From Camelus dromedarius (taxonomy: Eukaryota), in NCBI RefSeq assembly GCF_036321535.1, contig NC_087438.1, positions 4,900,001 through 4,960,000 on the forward strand: a DNA stretch of 60,000 bases, given 5' to 3'. The position numbers were made by a program, and so were the translations under genes. Shown one piece after another: positions 39,746 to 52,911 of this stretch. Position 1 is the stretch's first letter, and every line of letters starts with the position of its first letter. The notes under the pieces are model-generated. The model was not told the origin of the DNA. It was given only the letters and a program-made list of their open reading frames with translations, and did not search any database.

Positions 39746-39894
39746 GGTTTAATAATGACTCCAGTGAGATGAAGTCATCAGAAGATCAAGAGACAGGAAA
39801 TTCAAGCCATGAAGAGGCCACTGGATTCATCAGCTTTGAGATATAACCTCCAAAGAAAGGTGATGTTCAAAATTAATTTGAGAGCAAAAGTTTT

Positions 39895-40420
39895 CTATAT
39901 TTACTTGAGCACAGGTCTTGAGTACCCACTACATGCCACTCACTGGGAATAGGATGGGGAGGGAGCACCCTGTTCGGCCTCACTGGATCATGCAGCTTAG
40001 TGAGTGACACAGAGAACAGTTACTGGGAAGAGCGTGATTAGAGAAAGAGCCAGAAGCCATGGAAGGCAGCCACATGAGGTGCTCCTTTGAGTCACATGAA
40101 GCTGTGAATGCTTCAAGGCTGGGATGGTGAGACCAAGAGCACATTTTTAAATATTAATTGGCAGTGGGGTGGGGGAGAGTGAGAATGCAAAGAAGAACCC
40201 AGGATGCTCCTAGCAATCCAGGCAATATGGAAGAGACCGTTGGAAAGGAGGCATCTTGGTATATTGAAGGCACATTTTGGAGACAATTGGCATATCTCAG
40301 TAATGTACATGAGAGGCTAGGGCTGGTTTGGGGCATGGCGCCTGAGCAGCTGGGGGTGCCATTTGCTGAGGAGGAAAAGGCTGGAAAAGGAGCAGTGTGA
40401 GGCAGGAGAAGAGATAACAG
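39895..40420 (-). mobile_element. L2 fragments
   Basis: 'atttacttgagcac...tacccactacatgcca'; 'tttgggcatggcgcctgagcagctgggggtgccatttgctgag'. Confidence 0.6.
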
Positions 40421-40459
40421 CACTGGGAATCACCAGTGTGTCAGTTAGGACCTGCCGTC

Positions 40460-40600
40460 AGGACTTTTCTAAGCACTCAACATGTGGTGTCTTCCTACAA
40501 CCTCACTGCAACCGCCATGTTACAAAAGAGAAACTGAGGCATTAGGAGGATAAACAATTTGCCTGAGATCACAGCCAATAAGCAGCAGGACCAGGACATC
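40460..40600 (-). mobile_element. MIR SINE
   Basis: 'ttacaaaagagaaactgaggcattaggaggataaacaatttgcctgagatcacagcc'. Confidence 0.7.
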
Positions 40601-40989
40601 TGAGTTTGTTTTAGGAAATGATAACTTTGAGATCAGTGTGGATCATGGAGGCGGAGAGGCTGGACACTAAGACGTGAGTCCGGAGCGCAGAAATTGGTCT
40701 TCACCAGAGACAGGCAGGCAGAAATCTCTGACGTGTAGAGGTCTTTGTTAAGGAATGAGTGAGAGCTGCATGCACAGGGGCTGGCGTTGTTAGGTCTTCC
40801 CTCAACAAGGAAAGGAAATGAGAGGTAAGATGCATCTCCAGAGAGAGGCTTCACGATGGCGGAGGAGAAGGATGCAGAGCTCAGCCTCTCCCACAGGCAC
40901 ATCCATAGGTGGACAGCCCGCACGGAGACCTGCTGACTTGGACAGAAGGTCTTGTACAAGGGGGGCTACAGGGCAAATCTTCACGAACC

Positions 40990-41173
40990 TGGGTAAACAA
41001 GGTCCTGCTGTATTTCACGGGGATCTGTATTCAATACCTTGTAATGGCTTATAATGAAAAAGAATGTGAAAAGGAATATATATACATATTTATCTCAACT
41101 GAATCACTATGCTGTCTACCAGAAATTAACACAACATTGTAAATGGACTATACTTCTCAATTTAAAAAAAAAA
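40990..41173 (+). mobile_element. L1 terminal 3' fragment with poly(A)
   Basis: 'aactgaatcactatgctgtctaccagaaattaacacaacattgtaaat...aaaaaaaaaaa'. Confidence 0.85.
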
Positions 41174-41559
41174 ATGTATCTCCAGAGTTCAAGGGAAGGA
41201 ATTTAAGGACCAGCAGATCAGAAGCAATGCCCCCCTCTGAGAACTGGGCGAGAGGATCAAAGCTGCGAGGGGGCTATGGCGCTGAAGCCCACAGGCTGCA
41301 GAGGGTAGGGCTGGGCCAGGCTCCCTGGCTCAGGCAAGGCGGCAGGAGGGGGACTGGCCCTGCTGACTATCACACCGGGCAGAGAGAGGTTGCAGGAGAA
41401 TCTCATCGCAGGTGCTCTGCGGGGCACCTCAGGTAAAGCGGCCACCTGCAAACGGAAGCACAGGCAAGACCAGGAGCAAATGGAAAGAAGGAACACCCCG
41501 CCTTACACTGCAAGTGCGAGGCCGGAGGGCAGGCGTCTCCCATGTCGCCATCACAGCTG

Positions 41560-41900
41560 TTCCCTGTTTTCTGAGTATGGCGCACGTGTGGCTTCCTTCT
41601 CCCGTCTCCACGGCACCCCCCGTTTCCACCAACAGAAGCAGGACTCAGACGACAAAGTCACAATCTCGGTTTACCAGGTATTTCACTTCACTGAAATACT
41701 GACTTTGTAACAGTATATTATGCCAAGTGACGTCAGGGGAGGAAGGGTTTTATCGGTTTACAGCAACGGTAAGGTGACACATTTTAATAGGCGGCTCTGC
41801 CAGTGATGGCGGCGGGCGGGGCGTGAAGGAGGCCAAACGCAGCGACAGGGAGACAGGCGTGAGGCTGACCGACTAGGGCCCAGGCACTGCAGGGACAGCG
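41560..41900. promoter_or_regulatory. Candidate promoter/enhancer (CRE, YY1-like, GC box, E-box)
   Basis: CACGTG 41583; TGACGTCA 41728-41735; GATGGCGGC 41805-41813; GGGCGGGGC 41814-41822; CpG-enriched unique DNA. Confidence 0.35.
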
Positions 41901-43007
41901 GGTCCAACAATCCCAGAGGAGGGAATTTGGCTGGAGTTGCAGCTTGAAGGATATGGGAATGGTTGAATGCCTCAGGAGTCCTCATACAGAGCATTGTTTT
42001 CTGGTTATAGAAGGAATATTCCCCCATCACACAGAATCTGGAAAATAATCAATGTAAAGAAGAGGAGAATAAAAATCATTGACCAGAGTGTAGACGTTAC
42101 AAATTTGGCAGTACTTGCTTCAGACTTACACAAGCCCGGGGGTGGGGGTGGGGTGCCCACGGCGGTTTGCAATCCTTGTAACCTGGGTTACAGTCCTTAA
42201 CCAGCAGTCATTTCTGTTCCTACGAGTGAGGTTTCTTAGCGCATCGTCCATGAGCCTTAATAACCTCTCAGCAGTTGGTGGGTAACAGCCCGAGTCTTTT
42301 GGAAGGACCTGTTCTTTGGTAAATGATCGTTAATAACAAGCCAGGTAGAAGGATGTTCCACAAAGTATTTTCCTCTATTGGGGTACAAGATTCAGATTTC
42401 TTGTCTGTATAACTCTACCAGCCTGCGAATTATCACTGACTGTTAATTATGCCTTTTATTATATCTAAGACACAAGGAATTGTGGAAGTGACTTATGACT
42501 CATAATTAGAAGCTACGATTAAAACTTCTCTAACATTACCCTGGGGGTTCTCTCTTCAACATGGAATTATTTCTATAACAGTGTCAGTGTGTGGTTGTGT
42601 TGGCTCCTCTCTGGAAACGACTTCTCCACTTAGAGAACTGCTCAGATTTAATGGGAATATTCCCTAAAGACCCAGCTCTGTTAATTAAATGAAATGAAAT
42701 CATCTTACACTACAACTGTTGGGCATTCACTCACAGAGCAGTCAGAGGAGACAAGAATGAGGAGAGTCAGCAGCCAATTTCAGTTTTAAGATAAAAAATT
42801 AAAAGACTTTTTTTTAGTATTTTGTAATTTTCTTTATATACATCTTGGATATTGTTCCAAATTTTTATTTATCAAATATAAAAATGAGTTTATGGTGTTG
42901 TAAATGATGGCTTCCTGTGTGTTACAAGATTTTGTATTTTTAATTCTAAAAAAAAGTGAGCAGAGACTAAGGCTATAACTTGTTCAGGGCTTCAACGGCT
43001 TCCCCGA

Positions 43008-43410
43008 TTTTGCCATTTACAACAACATGGATGGACCTGGCGGGTACTATGCTTAGTGAAGTAAGTCAGACAGAGTAACATATGCTTTCACTTATATGTG
43101 AAATCTGAAAATTAAAACAAATAAGGAAACATAACAAAATAGATACAGACTCATAGATACAGAGAACAAACTAGTGGTTACCAGCGGGGAGAAGGAAGGA
43201 GAGAGGGGCAAGATAGAGGCATGGCATTGATAGGTACAAACTACTAGGTATAAAATAAATAACATAAAAGGATATATTGTACAACACAAGGAATATAGCC
43301 AATATTTTATAATAAAGTTAAGAGGGCTATAATCTATAAAAATATTGAATCACTATGTTGTATACCTGAGACTAATATAACATTGTAAAACAACAGTACT
43401 TCAAAAAAAG
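43008..43410 (+). mobile_element. L1 3' end
   Basis: 'tttgccatttacaacaacatggatggacctgg...gaatcactatgttgtatacctgagactaatataacattgtaa'. Confidence 0.88.
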
Positions 43411-45984
43411 ACACATGAACTTATTGGCCATTAAGGGTACGTTATAATTTGAAAACAAATAATGTGAGCATGCCATGTAAAAAACAAAAACAAAAAGAAT
43501 ATGATGCTGTTTTGTGAAATCCCTCGAATGGGAAAGAAAGAACGGTCCACATGAAGAAATAAAAGGAAGTGATGAGAGGCCCCAGGCTAAGAGGAAGATC
43601 TGGCTGTGTAGACTGATACCATGTTTGATCTGATTCTTTAGTCCTCTATTTGATATTTTTATTTGTCAGAATTAAGAAAATCAGAAATCAATCAAAAGAG
43701 GGAAATTGTAGGATCCTTACCTTCTGTGCACCTCTAGGTTATTTTTCTTTCTATGACTTCTCAGTCAGTGGTGAAAGGCCATGGGCGTGGCTGTGGAATC
43801 CGTGGACGGAACCTCCCAGTGGGTTGGAGTGTTCCTGCCAGTGGAAAGCTGGAGACAGGAAGCGATGGAACTGTTGACAGAAAGAGGACGACTGGAATCG
43901 AGATTGTGGTGGTTTTTCTCTTGAGGACCTCGATCTAATATTTGGCTTCTTAGTGACCAAGAAAACATCTCTCCCCATCGCTGGGCGTATGTTCTACAGT
44001 CTGCACAAGAAAAGAGGGACGTATGTTTCATCAAATTTTCAAATCTGTGAAAAATTATCTGTACCAGAAAGAATAGAAAAAATCACCAAGATTGCTTTTA
44101 ACCTGGTGAGTCCCCCACTGAGAGAAGATATTTATGTGAATGCTTGTGTTTTTCTTAACTCTCTCGCTACAGCTCTGTAGACCCCCCACATGATTTCTGC
44201 ACCATGTTTTCGTCCCTGGTTAGACTTGCCACAGAGACAGCAGACTCCTGATGGAGAACAAGAAACTGCCCTCCGGCCGAGCTGAGCGATCTTTGTGCAG
44301 ATCTGCAGGGTGCAGTAGCCCCCCTACTCCTCTCCTTGGTTCCACTGTGTGCACGTTGTTTTAAACTATGGAATCTGCCAGAGTCATTGGCATAGTTACT
44401 TCAAACGCTAAAGGAGAAGAAAACATGATGGTCTAAGACCCTTTGGTCTAACAAAAAACAAGTAGACGCTTTATCTATAGTCAGAGTTAAAGATATCAGT
44501 CTGAATACTGTTATCCACGATGACCAGTTCCAATAAAAAGCTTTATGAAATTAAATACTGTAATTCTACAAGAGAGACATTAAAACTTTCTCCAAAATGG
44601 ACTTTGACAAGTAACCTCATAAAGTAATTATACACAGAACAGGATTTCTGTGGTTATTAAATACAGAAAAGGACTGTGTTCTTATAATGTTTTTCTGACT
44701 TCAGCTTTTAAAATAGTCTTTTGCACCTGCATCAACAGACCTGCCCATGCCTGTCCAGAGTTCTTTTTACCAAACAGGCGAGATTAATTTTTTTCAAGAC
44801 TGAGGACAGGCTTCTAGCATAAGCTAGAACTGTCACAGTGCAGGACTCAGTAAACATAGAAGTTTAAGCAATAATAACAATAACAATAAAGACAGGTCTA
44901 TGAAGCCAGTGACATTCTGCCTCTAAAAATGTCAGCTGTTTAATCAAAAAATGTTCGTTTTGAATCTGCCATGTTATTGAGCACAGGCTGGTCGGCACTT
45001 AATTTCTGCTGCGCTGACTTTATGCAGCACACGTGACTTCACTGGATGTCTGCTCAGCTCCAACTTTCGTAGACTGAATAGCGAAGATTAAAGAAGCCGT
45101 GTGGACCCGTGGATAAATGACCATAATCCATCTTCCAGGAGAGTTAATCTTCCACATGATAAAAAGCTTTATAAGACATATCAAAATAATAAGCCTCGTT
45201 TCTCTCTGTAATTTGGGTAAAATAAGAGGAAAATGGAGATGAAAGCATAGTTTGTGGTGGATGATTTAATTTTAACAGATGACAGGAAAGGAAGCGGAAC
45301 TACTTAGAAACTGATTCTCCTGTTCCATCTTCTCCATCAAGGAGCACAACAGAGGAGAGGGAGTGCAGGTAAGAGGTAATGTCCTGACGAGGGAGGATGG
45401 TGGACGAAGGCCCCTCGCTTCAAGACATGAGTGCAAGATGCAAGCGTGGGGCTCAGAAACTCCAGTCCTTCCGAAATCCCAGGAAATGTTCAGGGTCCGA
45501 TATGCTTCAGATGAGTAAATACAGTCCCCCCTTATTTTAACAGAGGAAAAAAATCAGATTCCTGCCAACTAGAAACCAGAACCTTAAAACTCCCCCCACG
45601 ATAGATTCTAGGGGGTTTTATTAAATACCTAAGTGATTACCAAAATTCGCTGTGGCATTTAGAGATTGCTCATGGCAAAGACACCTCATATTTCATTAGT
45701 TATCCTACTGACATATAAAGGAAATACTATAGGCATCACTCAGGATCCTTTTTTTAAGCCTCTCATAGTGTGAACAAAATTGAGAAATATATGCAGGTTC
45801 AAAACTCATGGAAGACTAGCTAAAACTGATGAGGAGAAACTGCTGACTAAACGGCAAATATAAAGATGTGCACTTGGGTTCTGTGCTTCCTATGCCCACT
45901 CTCCTCCCACAACCCCATCCCCGTCAAAAAAAAAAAAAAAAAGCACAAAACTAAGATGGAAACGTCCTTCCTCCCCCTGTCCTC

Positions 45985-46290
45985 CTGCACAGTCCCCACT
46001 AGCCACTGGGCCTGTGAGCACGTGAAATGTGGGTGGTCCAGACCGAGATGTACCGCATGTAAAATTCACAACAGATTTCAACGACTTGGTGGGAATAAGA
46101 GACCATAAAATACTATATTAATTTTTAATTTTGATTCCATGTTAAGATGATAATATTTCAGATATACTAGGTTAAATATAATGCATTATTAATGTTACTT
46201 CTACCTATTTCTTTTAAATTTCCTAATGCGATTACTGGAAAATTTTACATGATATATCATCTCCTGTTTTCTTTCTAATGGATTGCCCTG
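45985..46290. mobile_element. MER33/MER3-type hAT-Charlie element
   Basis: 'ccactagccactgggcctgtgagcacgtgaaatgtgg...gataatatttcagatatactaggttaaatataat'. Confidence 0.7.
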
Positions 46291-46314
46291 GTTGAAGAGT
46301 TTCTGAAGCTTTTA

Positions 46315-46918
46315 TTTTATTTTATTTTATTTTATTTTATTTTATTTTATTTTTTTGGCTTTTTATTGAAGTATAGTCAGTTAAAATGTGTCAATTTCTG
46401 GTGTACCACATAATGTCCCAGTCACGCATATATATCCATATATTCATTTTCATATTCTTTTTCATTAAAGGTTGTTACAAGATATTGAATAGAGTTCCCT
46501 GTGCTGTACAGAAGAAATTTGGTTATTTATCTATTTTTGTATATAGTGGTTATCATTTGCAAATTTCAAACTCTCAAATGTATCCCTTCCCACCCACCTT
46601 CCCCTGGTAACTGTAAGATTGTTTACTACATCTGAGAGTCTGATTCTGTTTTGTAGAGGAGTTTGTTAATGTCTTTTTTCTTTTTTTAGATTACACATAT
46701 GAGTGACATCATATGGTATTTTTCTTTCTCTTTCTGGCTTACTTCACTTAGAATGACAATCTCCAGGTCCATCCATGTTGCTGCAAATGGCATTATTTTA
46801 TTCTTTTGCATGGCTGAGTAGTGTTCCGTTGTATAAATATACCACAACTTCTTCATCCAGTCATTTCTCGATGGACATGTAGGTTGCGTCCATGTCTTGG
46901 CTATTGTATATAGTGTTG
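46315..46918 (-). mobile_element. Young 5'-truncated L1 with (TTTTA)n tail and 12-bp TSD
   Basis: TSD ctgaagctttta at 46303-46314 and 46919-46930; ORF2 C-terminus 'WMKKLWYIYTTEHYSAMQKNKIMPFAATWMDLEIVILSEVSQ'. Confidence 0.95.
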
Positions 46919-47199
46919 CTGAAGCTTTTAGGGAAGAGAGATTGGCTTCTAACCAGCTGCGGTGGTCTCTCCGCTGTGTTAAAAATGTCAGATTGGCTAC
47001 TGACAAAAACTGTATTTTAATTTAAAGATCTGTTTTTCTCAACAATTCTTTTTATTGTTTTTACACGATTCCAGGTTAAGAAATATCCTTCCATAGATAC
47101 TGTCAATGTGTTCATGAGATATATATGGCTTACATACAATCCTATCATTTTCAGTGTGGAAAAATAAACAAACACTGGGTGGGAGCTCCTAGTACAACT

Positions 47200-48740
47200 T
47201 TCAAGTCTTTGTCCCCCAAGTTACCCATTATTCTGACTTCAATACATATCAGTTCATTCTGATTTTTTGTTTGCTTTGCCTTGGTTTTGTTTTGTTTTTA
47301 CTTCATATAAATGGAATCAGGATATTCAATTTTATACATCTGGTCATTTTCACTCAACAAATACTTTTAAGAGCTTTCCATATTTTTGCATTTACCAGTA
47401 GTTTATTTTTAAATTGTTGCATAATAGTCTGCTGTGTATGGATTCTTACCCACTTACATGTTGGTGAGTATCTGAGTTTTTCTTCGTTTTGACTGTTGTG
47501 CATAGGAAAGCTATGAACACTCCAGTAAATGAATTTTAGAATCTATTTATATTCCCTTTCATGCATTTAGAGTAGAATTCCAAAGTCCATTAATTTTAAT
47601 ATTATTTTGGATGGAAACTGCCAGACACAGTCTTCCAAAGAGCTCAGGGCTTTCTCACGTCCAACAGCTCACGTAAGAGCATCGCTGCGTTTCCTTGCCC
47701 ACCCTTGTCTGAGTCATCATGACCTTCTAGAGGGTGTGGAGTTGTGACCCTGTGCCTTTGGTCTGCATTTACCAAAGAGTATTGACATTAAACACCTTTT
47801 CTTCTTCTTTATTGATTTATCCCATCACATACTTAAGTCTCTTTTAATTTTCACCAGTAATAGTCTGTAGTTTTCAGTAAAGAGATCTGGCATATTCTTG
47901 TTAAATTAGTTCCTAAAGTTTTAAATGATTTGATCCTATTGAAAATGTTACTTGCATTTAAAATTTTTTTTATTAATTTTTCAATTGTTTTTTGCTGAAT
48001 CTCAAAATATATATACATTATTTTTGTTCGTTGATCTTGTATCTTATGGCCTTGCTAAATTTACTCATTAGTTTTTGTTTTGTCTTCAGATTATTCTGGA
48101 TCTGAATGTACAGAGTCATGTCATCTGAAACTAAAACAAGTTTTACTTCTAATGGTTATAAATATTATTAATTTTTTTTCATGTTTCATTGTAGTGGCTA
48201 AGACTTCCCATACAGTGTTGAAGAAACTCAGTGATAGTGAGTGTCCTTGTCTTTTCCACAATATAAGAAGAAATTATTGAATATTAACTGTGATGTCAGC
48301 TCTAGATTATTCAGCATACCCTTTATTAGCCTGAGGAATTTCCTTTCTTAGTCCTATTTTTTTCTGAAAGATTCTAATACGGCTGGATATTAAATTCTAT
48401 CAGCTTCCTTTTCTCTATCTATTGAGACGAATAAATGGACTTTCTCCCTTATCTGTTCATGAGTGAATTACTTTGATTGAATTTCAGATGTGAAACCAAC
48501 TTTTTGTTCATGGAATAAATCTCACTTGACCATGAAATATTATCCCTTTAATTTATCCCTAGATTTGACTTGTTAACATTTTATGAAGGATTTTTGTTCA
48601 TAGGATATTGATCTATAATTTTCTTAACTTGTAATGTCCTTGACAGCTTTTAGTATAAAGTCAGAAAATGGTTCATATTTTTCTATATTCTGAAAAATGT
48701 GTTTAAAACTGGCATGATTTGCTCCTTAAATATTTTTATA
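47200..48740 (-). mobile_element. Old L1M (3' UTR plus ORF2 part), decayed
   Basis: 'ttgatcttgtatcttatggccttgctaaatttactcattag...gatgtgaaaccaac...tttgacttgttaacattttatgaaggattttt'. Confidence 0.75.
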
Positions 48741-50272
48741 ATACACAGCAAGTTTTTTCCTAAGCATTTTTAATAAAAGAAGTATAAAATTTACTCAATA
48801 TCTAGTTTCATTTTTCAATTAAAGCTGTTGGACAATTTTTTGTCATTTAAAATTTATTCTTAGAAGTGAGGAAAACATTAATAAGCTATTAATTACTAAC
48901 AGCAAAAAAAATTATTAACCATGCATTTATAAAAGTCATGTTAAAGAGTAAAAAGTTCCAGTTGTACTGCTTAACTGAGGGAAATATCCTTTAGCTCTTT
49001 ATTTCTAATAATATCAAATTCTCATTTTGACATAATTTACACTTTTTCAGCCAGTTACTACTGGGCTGAACAAGATTTTTCCTAATGTGAAGACTTTCTT
49101 TACCACTTATGAAATATGACTTAACTGTTAGTCTTTAAAATTTCCTTAAAAGAAACTTGAAATTTTAATTTTCACCATGAACCTGCTGGATCAAAAAGTA
49201 GAGGACAACACTACCACATGAATTACAACAAAGAATGTGGTTGTCTGTATAATCAGCAAATTATCTGTAAGACATTTTAACTACTTCACATTTCCACTTA
49301 GCACAAATGACAATAAACTGGTTCCAAGGTACTACAAATTTTGTCATTTTTACTGCGGTAAAAATGCTAAGCATTTTTAAATCATGGAAGCAATGTAGAT
49401 ACAGGAATATATAGATCTTTATTTTCTTCTTACAATAGTTTTGAACAACACTATGAACCAACTAGACCTAATTAATTTTTATAAAACAATAACATCAGCA
49501 GAATACACATTCTTCTCAATTGAACATGGGAACTTACAAAGATACACTGAAGTTTTGACTATAAAATGTCTCAGTAAATTTAAAAAGATCCAAGTCATAA
49601 AAAATATGTTCTGACCACAGCAGAAATAAATTAATAATTAGTAACAGATGAAAATTTTCCAAAATATTTGAAATTTAAATAACACAATTCAAGATAGTTC
49701 CAAGAAGTCAGAAGGGAAATTAGAAAGTATATTAATCTGAATGGGAAGAAAAACATAACACACCAAAATTTGTGACATGCCACTAAAAAAGGAAAATGTA
49801 GAGCAATAAATGCCTATATTAGGAAAAAAAAAAGATCTCAAATCAATGTCGCTAACGGGTAGTTCTTTAATAAGATCAACAAAGTTGATAAGCTTCTAGC
49901 CAGACACATGGGGTCGGGGCGGCAGAGACAGAGACAGTAGGCAGACAGTGAGGAACGCCGCCATCAGGCACCCCTGCAATGTTAACGTGATGGACTGACC
50001 ACCTTACGCTTAGAGCTCCATCCACTTGGTCACAGTAAACAAGTTCCCTGGGAGATTAACTGAAATTTATTGAGAAGAAATAAATAAATCACCTGACTAG
50101 CCCTATGTCTTTTGAAGACATTGAATTTGTTCTTTAAAAACCTTTCCAAAAAGAAAATTCCAACCCCCATGGCTTAATTGGTGAAATGTAGCTAAGATTT
50201 AGAAACTGTGGAAAACCATATGGGGTCTACAGATACAGTTAGCAGATGTATTATGTGCGTTCCGTAAGGTAG

Positions 50273-50744
50273 TGTAACCGAGCAGTGCCCTATGGGGCCT
50301 CCCAGGGACAGCCTGCCACGATCCCTCTGCTGTAGCTCCTCTCCGACGTCCCTAGACCTTAGCGCCCGGTGCGCACATCCTGAGCTGTCTCACAGCTGCT
50401 GAGAGCACCGTCTCATGGAGGACGTTAGCTACTTGGTAATCACCAGCCCCAGACCTACTGGCGCCCCAGGACTGGTGATGTTAACCGCCCTGTGATCACA
50501 CCATCAACCAATCAGAGAGTTGTGCACACACTGATCACGTACCCTGTGACCACCCCACCACCACCACCACCTGGTTTCTAAAAATGCTTTGCTGAAACCC
50601 TTCAGGGAGTTTGGGGTCTGGGGGCACACACTACCCAGTCTCTTTGCTCAGCCCTGCAATAAACATTTCTTTGCTCCAGACTCCAACAGCTCAGTTTGTT
50701 CATCCTCACTGTGTGACGGGCACACAAACTTGCATTCCGTAACC
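50273..50744 (+). mobile_element. ERV1-class solo LTR
   Basis: Starts tgtaaccgagc; CCAAT near 50508; AATAAA near 50658; flanks gtag/gcag form a 4-bp TSD with one mismatch; L1 resumes on both sides. Confidence 0.85.
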
Positions 50745-50983
50745 GCAGCAGCAGAATGAAGAAATACGAGAAAAGCAATAGTATTTCTGGATGCTAACAA
50801 AAATGTACACATTAAAATAAGATTTAAAATACCTCTAATAGTATCAAAAATATGAAATACCTAAGCAAAAATCTGACTAAAGTTGTTCAAGACTTGTGCG
50901 GTGAAAACTGTAAAACAGGGTTGAGAGAAGTTCAAGAAGTCCTAAATAAGAGGAGAGGTGTGCCCTATGTGTGGGTGGGCGAC

Positions 50984-51506
50984 TGTGGGAGCTGATCCGG
51001 GAAAAAGCTGCGACCAGGAGAGGCGGGAACACACAACCAGCTTTACTGTGCATGCTTGGACAGGGCTGTGTGACGAGAAGCCCCTCCCAGCATGAAACCA
51101 CTCACAAGTGTATGACTGTGGGACCACCATCCAGAGGAGGGAAGGGCAAGGGAACTCCTGGGGGAGAGAGGGTCAGGCTCACTGGTCTAAGTGACGGCAC
51201 CCAGCAGCACAGCAGGGAGTCTCTGGGACAAGCTTGGAAGGGTACCTGTCTCTTGAGGTCTTATGTCTACAAGGCTCTGTCTTCCAATGGCCAACAGATG
51301 TGACGTGAGGTTTCATCAGGTATGCAAAGCAGACAGGCTCTAAATGGCTTGCTTGATCTTTTGGGCTATTTTTAAATAATAGGTTGTGTGAAAATTTGAG
51401 TCTGGTGATGCAGGGTTTTTGAGCTAACAGGTCTCAGCCTGCAGTGAAGAAATAAACAACCTGGGATCAAAACAAAGGAGGTCATTTTTGGCTCATTTAT
51501 AAAACA
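50984..51506 (-). mobile_element. MER77-like solo LTR
   Basis: TG...CA ends; 'gggtttttgagctaacaggtctcagcctgcagtgaagaaataaacaacc...tttggctcatttataaaaca'; flanks cgac/agac. Confidence 0.7.
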
Positions 51507-52911
51507 AGACTCAATATGATGAAAATGTGTATCATCCCAAATTATTCTATAAATTCATCACAGTCCCCATAAAAATTCCAACAGCTTATTGTAGAAATTG
51601 TCAACCTGATTACAAAATTCATATGGAAACACAAATTTTGAACATTCATAACAAATGTGAACAAGAGAAAACAAAGTTAGAGGACTTGAATCCCCTTACT
51701 TCAATTTATGATAAAGCTAAGGTAATTAGAATAACACAGTATTTGTGTAAATATTGAAAAGCAGATCAATGGAACAGAATAGAGCACAGAAATAGATCCA
51801 TGCATATGTATAATAAATACATAAAATTACATACATAGAATATATTTTATGATTATATATATACATTTGATCTTGGGAAAATGTGCAAGAGTAATTGAGT
51901 AGGGAAAGAAAAAAACCTTTTTAACGAATGATGGTGGAATAATTGTATATCTATATGCAAACAACTAACCTCAAACCATCCCTCACCACACACACAAAAA
52001 TTAACTCAAAATAAATCACAGACCTCTCTAAAATGTAAAATCTTAAACTCTAAAACTTCTAGAAGAAAACATAGGAGAAAATTTCTATGACTTTGGGTTA
52101 GACAAATTTCTTATATTCAAAAGCCTGATACCAAAAGGAAAAAAAATTTGATACATTAACAACCTCTGCCTTAAAGAAAAAACTTTTTTTAAAAAGCAAT
52201 AAAATCCAAGAATCAGATTGGAAGAAAATATTTGCAAATTATGTATCTGGAAAGATTTATATTCAGAATGTACAAAGAACTCTCAAAATTCAATGGGAAA
52301 ATAAATAATACAAATGGACCAGAGTATTGAATAAACATTTCACCAAAGAATGCGTACAGATGAAAAATAAGCATGTGAAGAAACGTGTCATCATTAGTCA
52401 TTAGGGAAATGCCAATCAAAATCAGGACATATCAGTAAAAACGTATCAGAATGGCTAAGTACTGACCATTCCCAGTGTAACTAAGGAGGTGAAGGAAGTT
52501 AAACCCCCATGTGTTGCTGTTTGCGGCGTTAGGCAGTGCAACCACTTTGGTAAACAGTTTGTCAGTTCCTTAAAAAGTTAAACATACACCAGTTGGATGA
52601 TCCGGATAATTCACTCCCAGGTGTTTGTCCAAGGAATGCCCATACCCATGAGAGACTTACACATGAATGCTTGTAGCAGTGCTGTGTGTAACAGCTCCAA
52701 ACTACAAACAGTCAAAACATGTGAGCGGATACACAGATTGTGCTGTAGCCATGCAATGGAATACTGCTTATCAAATTTTAAAAATCGACTGCCAATACAC
52801 ATAGCAACATGAATGAACTTCACAGTAATTATGTCAAGTGAAAAAAAGTTGAGAAAAAATTACATGGTATATCATTCAATTTGTATAAAATTCTAGAAAA
52901 TGTACACTAGT

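Noticed and set aside
43591..43620. Slight resemblance to the 7SK 5' end ('gatctggctg')
   Set aside because: Only about 10 nt match, with no continuation
44000..44105. Possible coding exon (ctacag|...CTG|GTGAGT, one open frame)
   Set aside because: Weak pyrimidine tract, unrecognised peptide, and the sequence resembles decayed old L1 3' UTR
37336..50744. Possible provirus between two similar LTRs
   Set aside because: The LTR 3' halves differ, the 50273 LTR has its own TSD-like flanks, and no PBS or gag/pol/env lies between them
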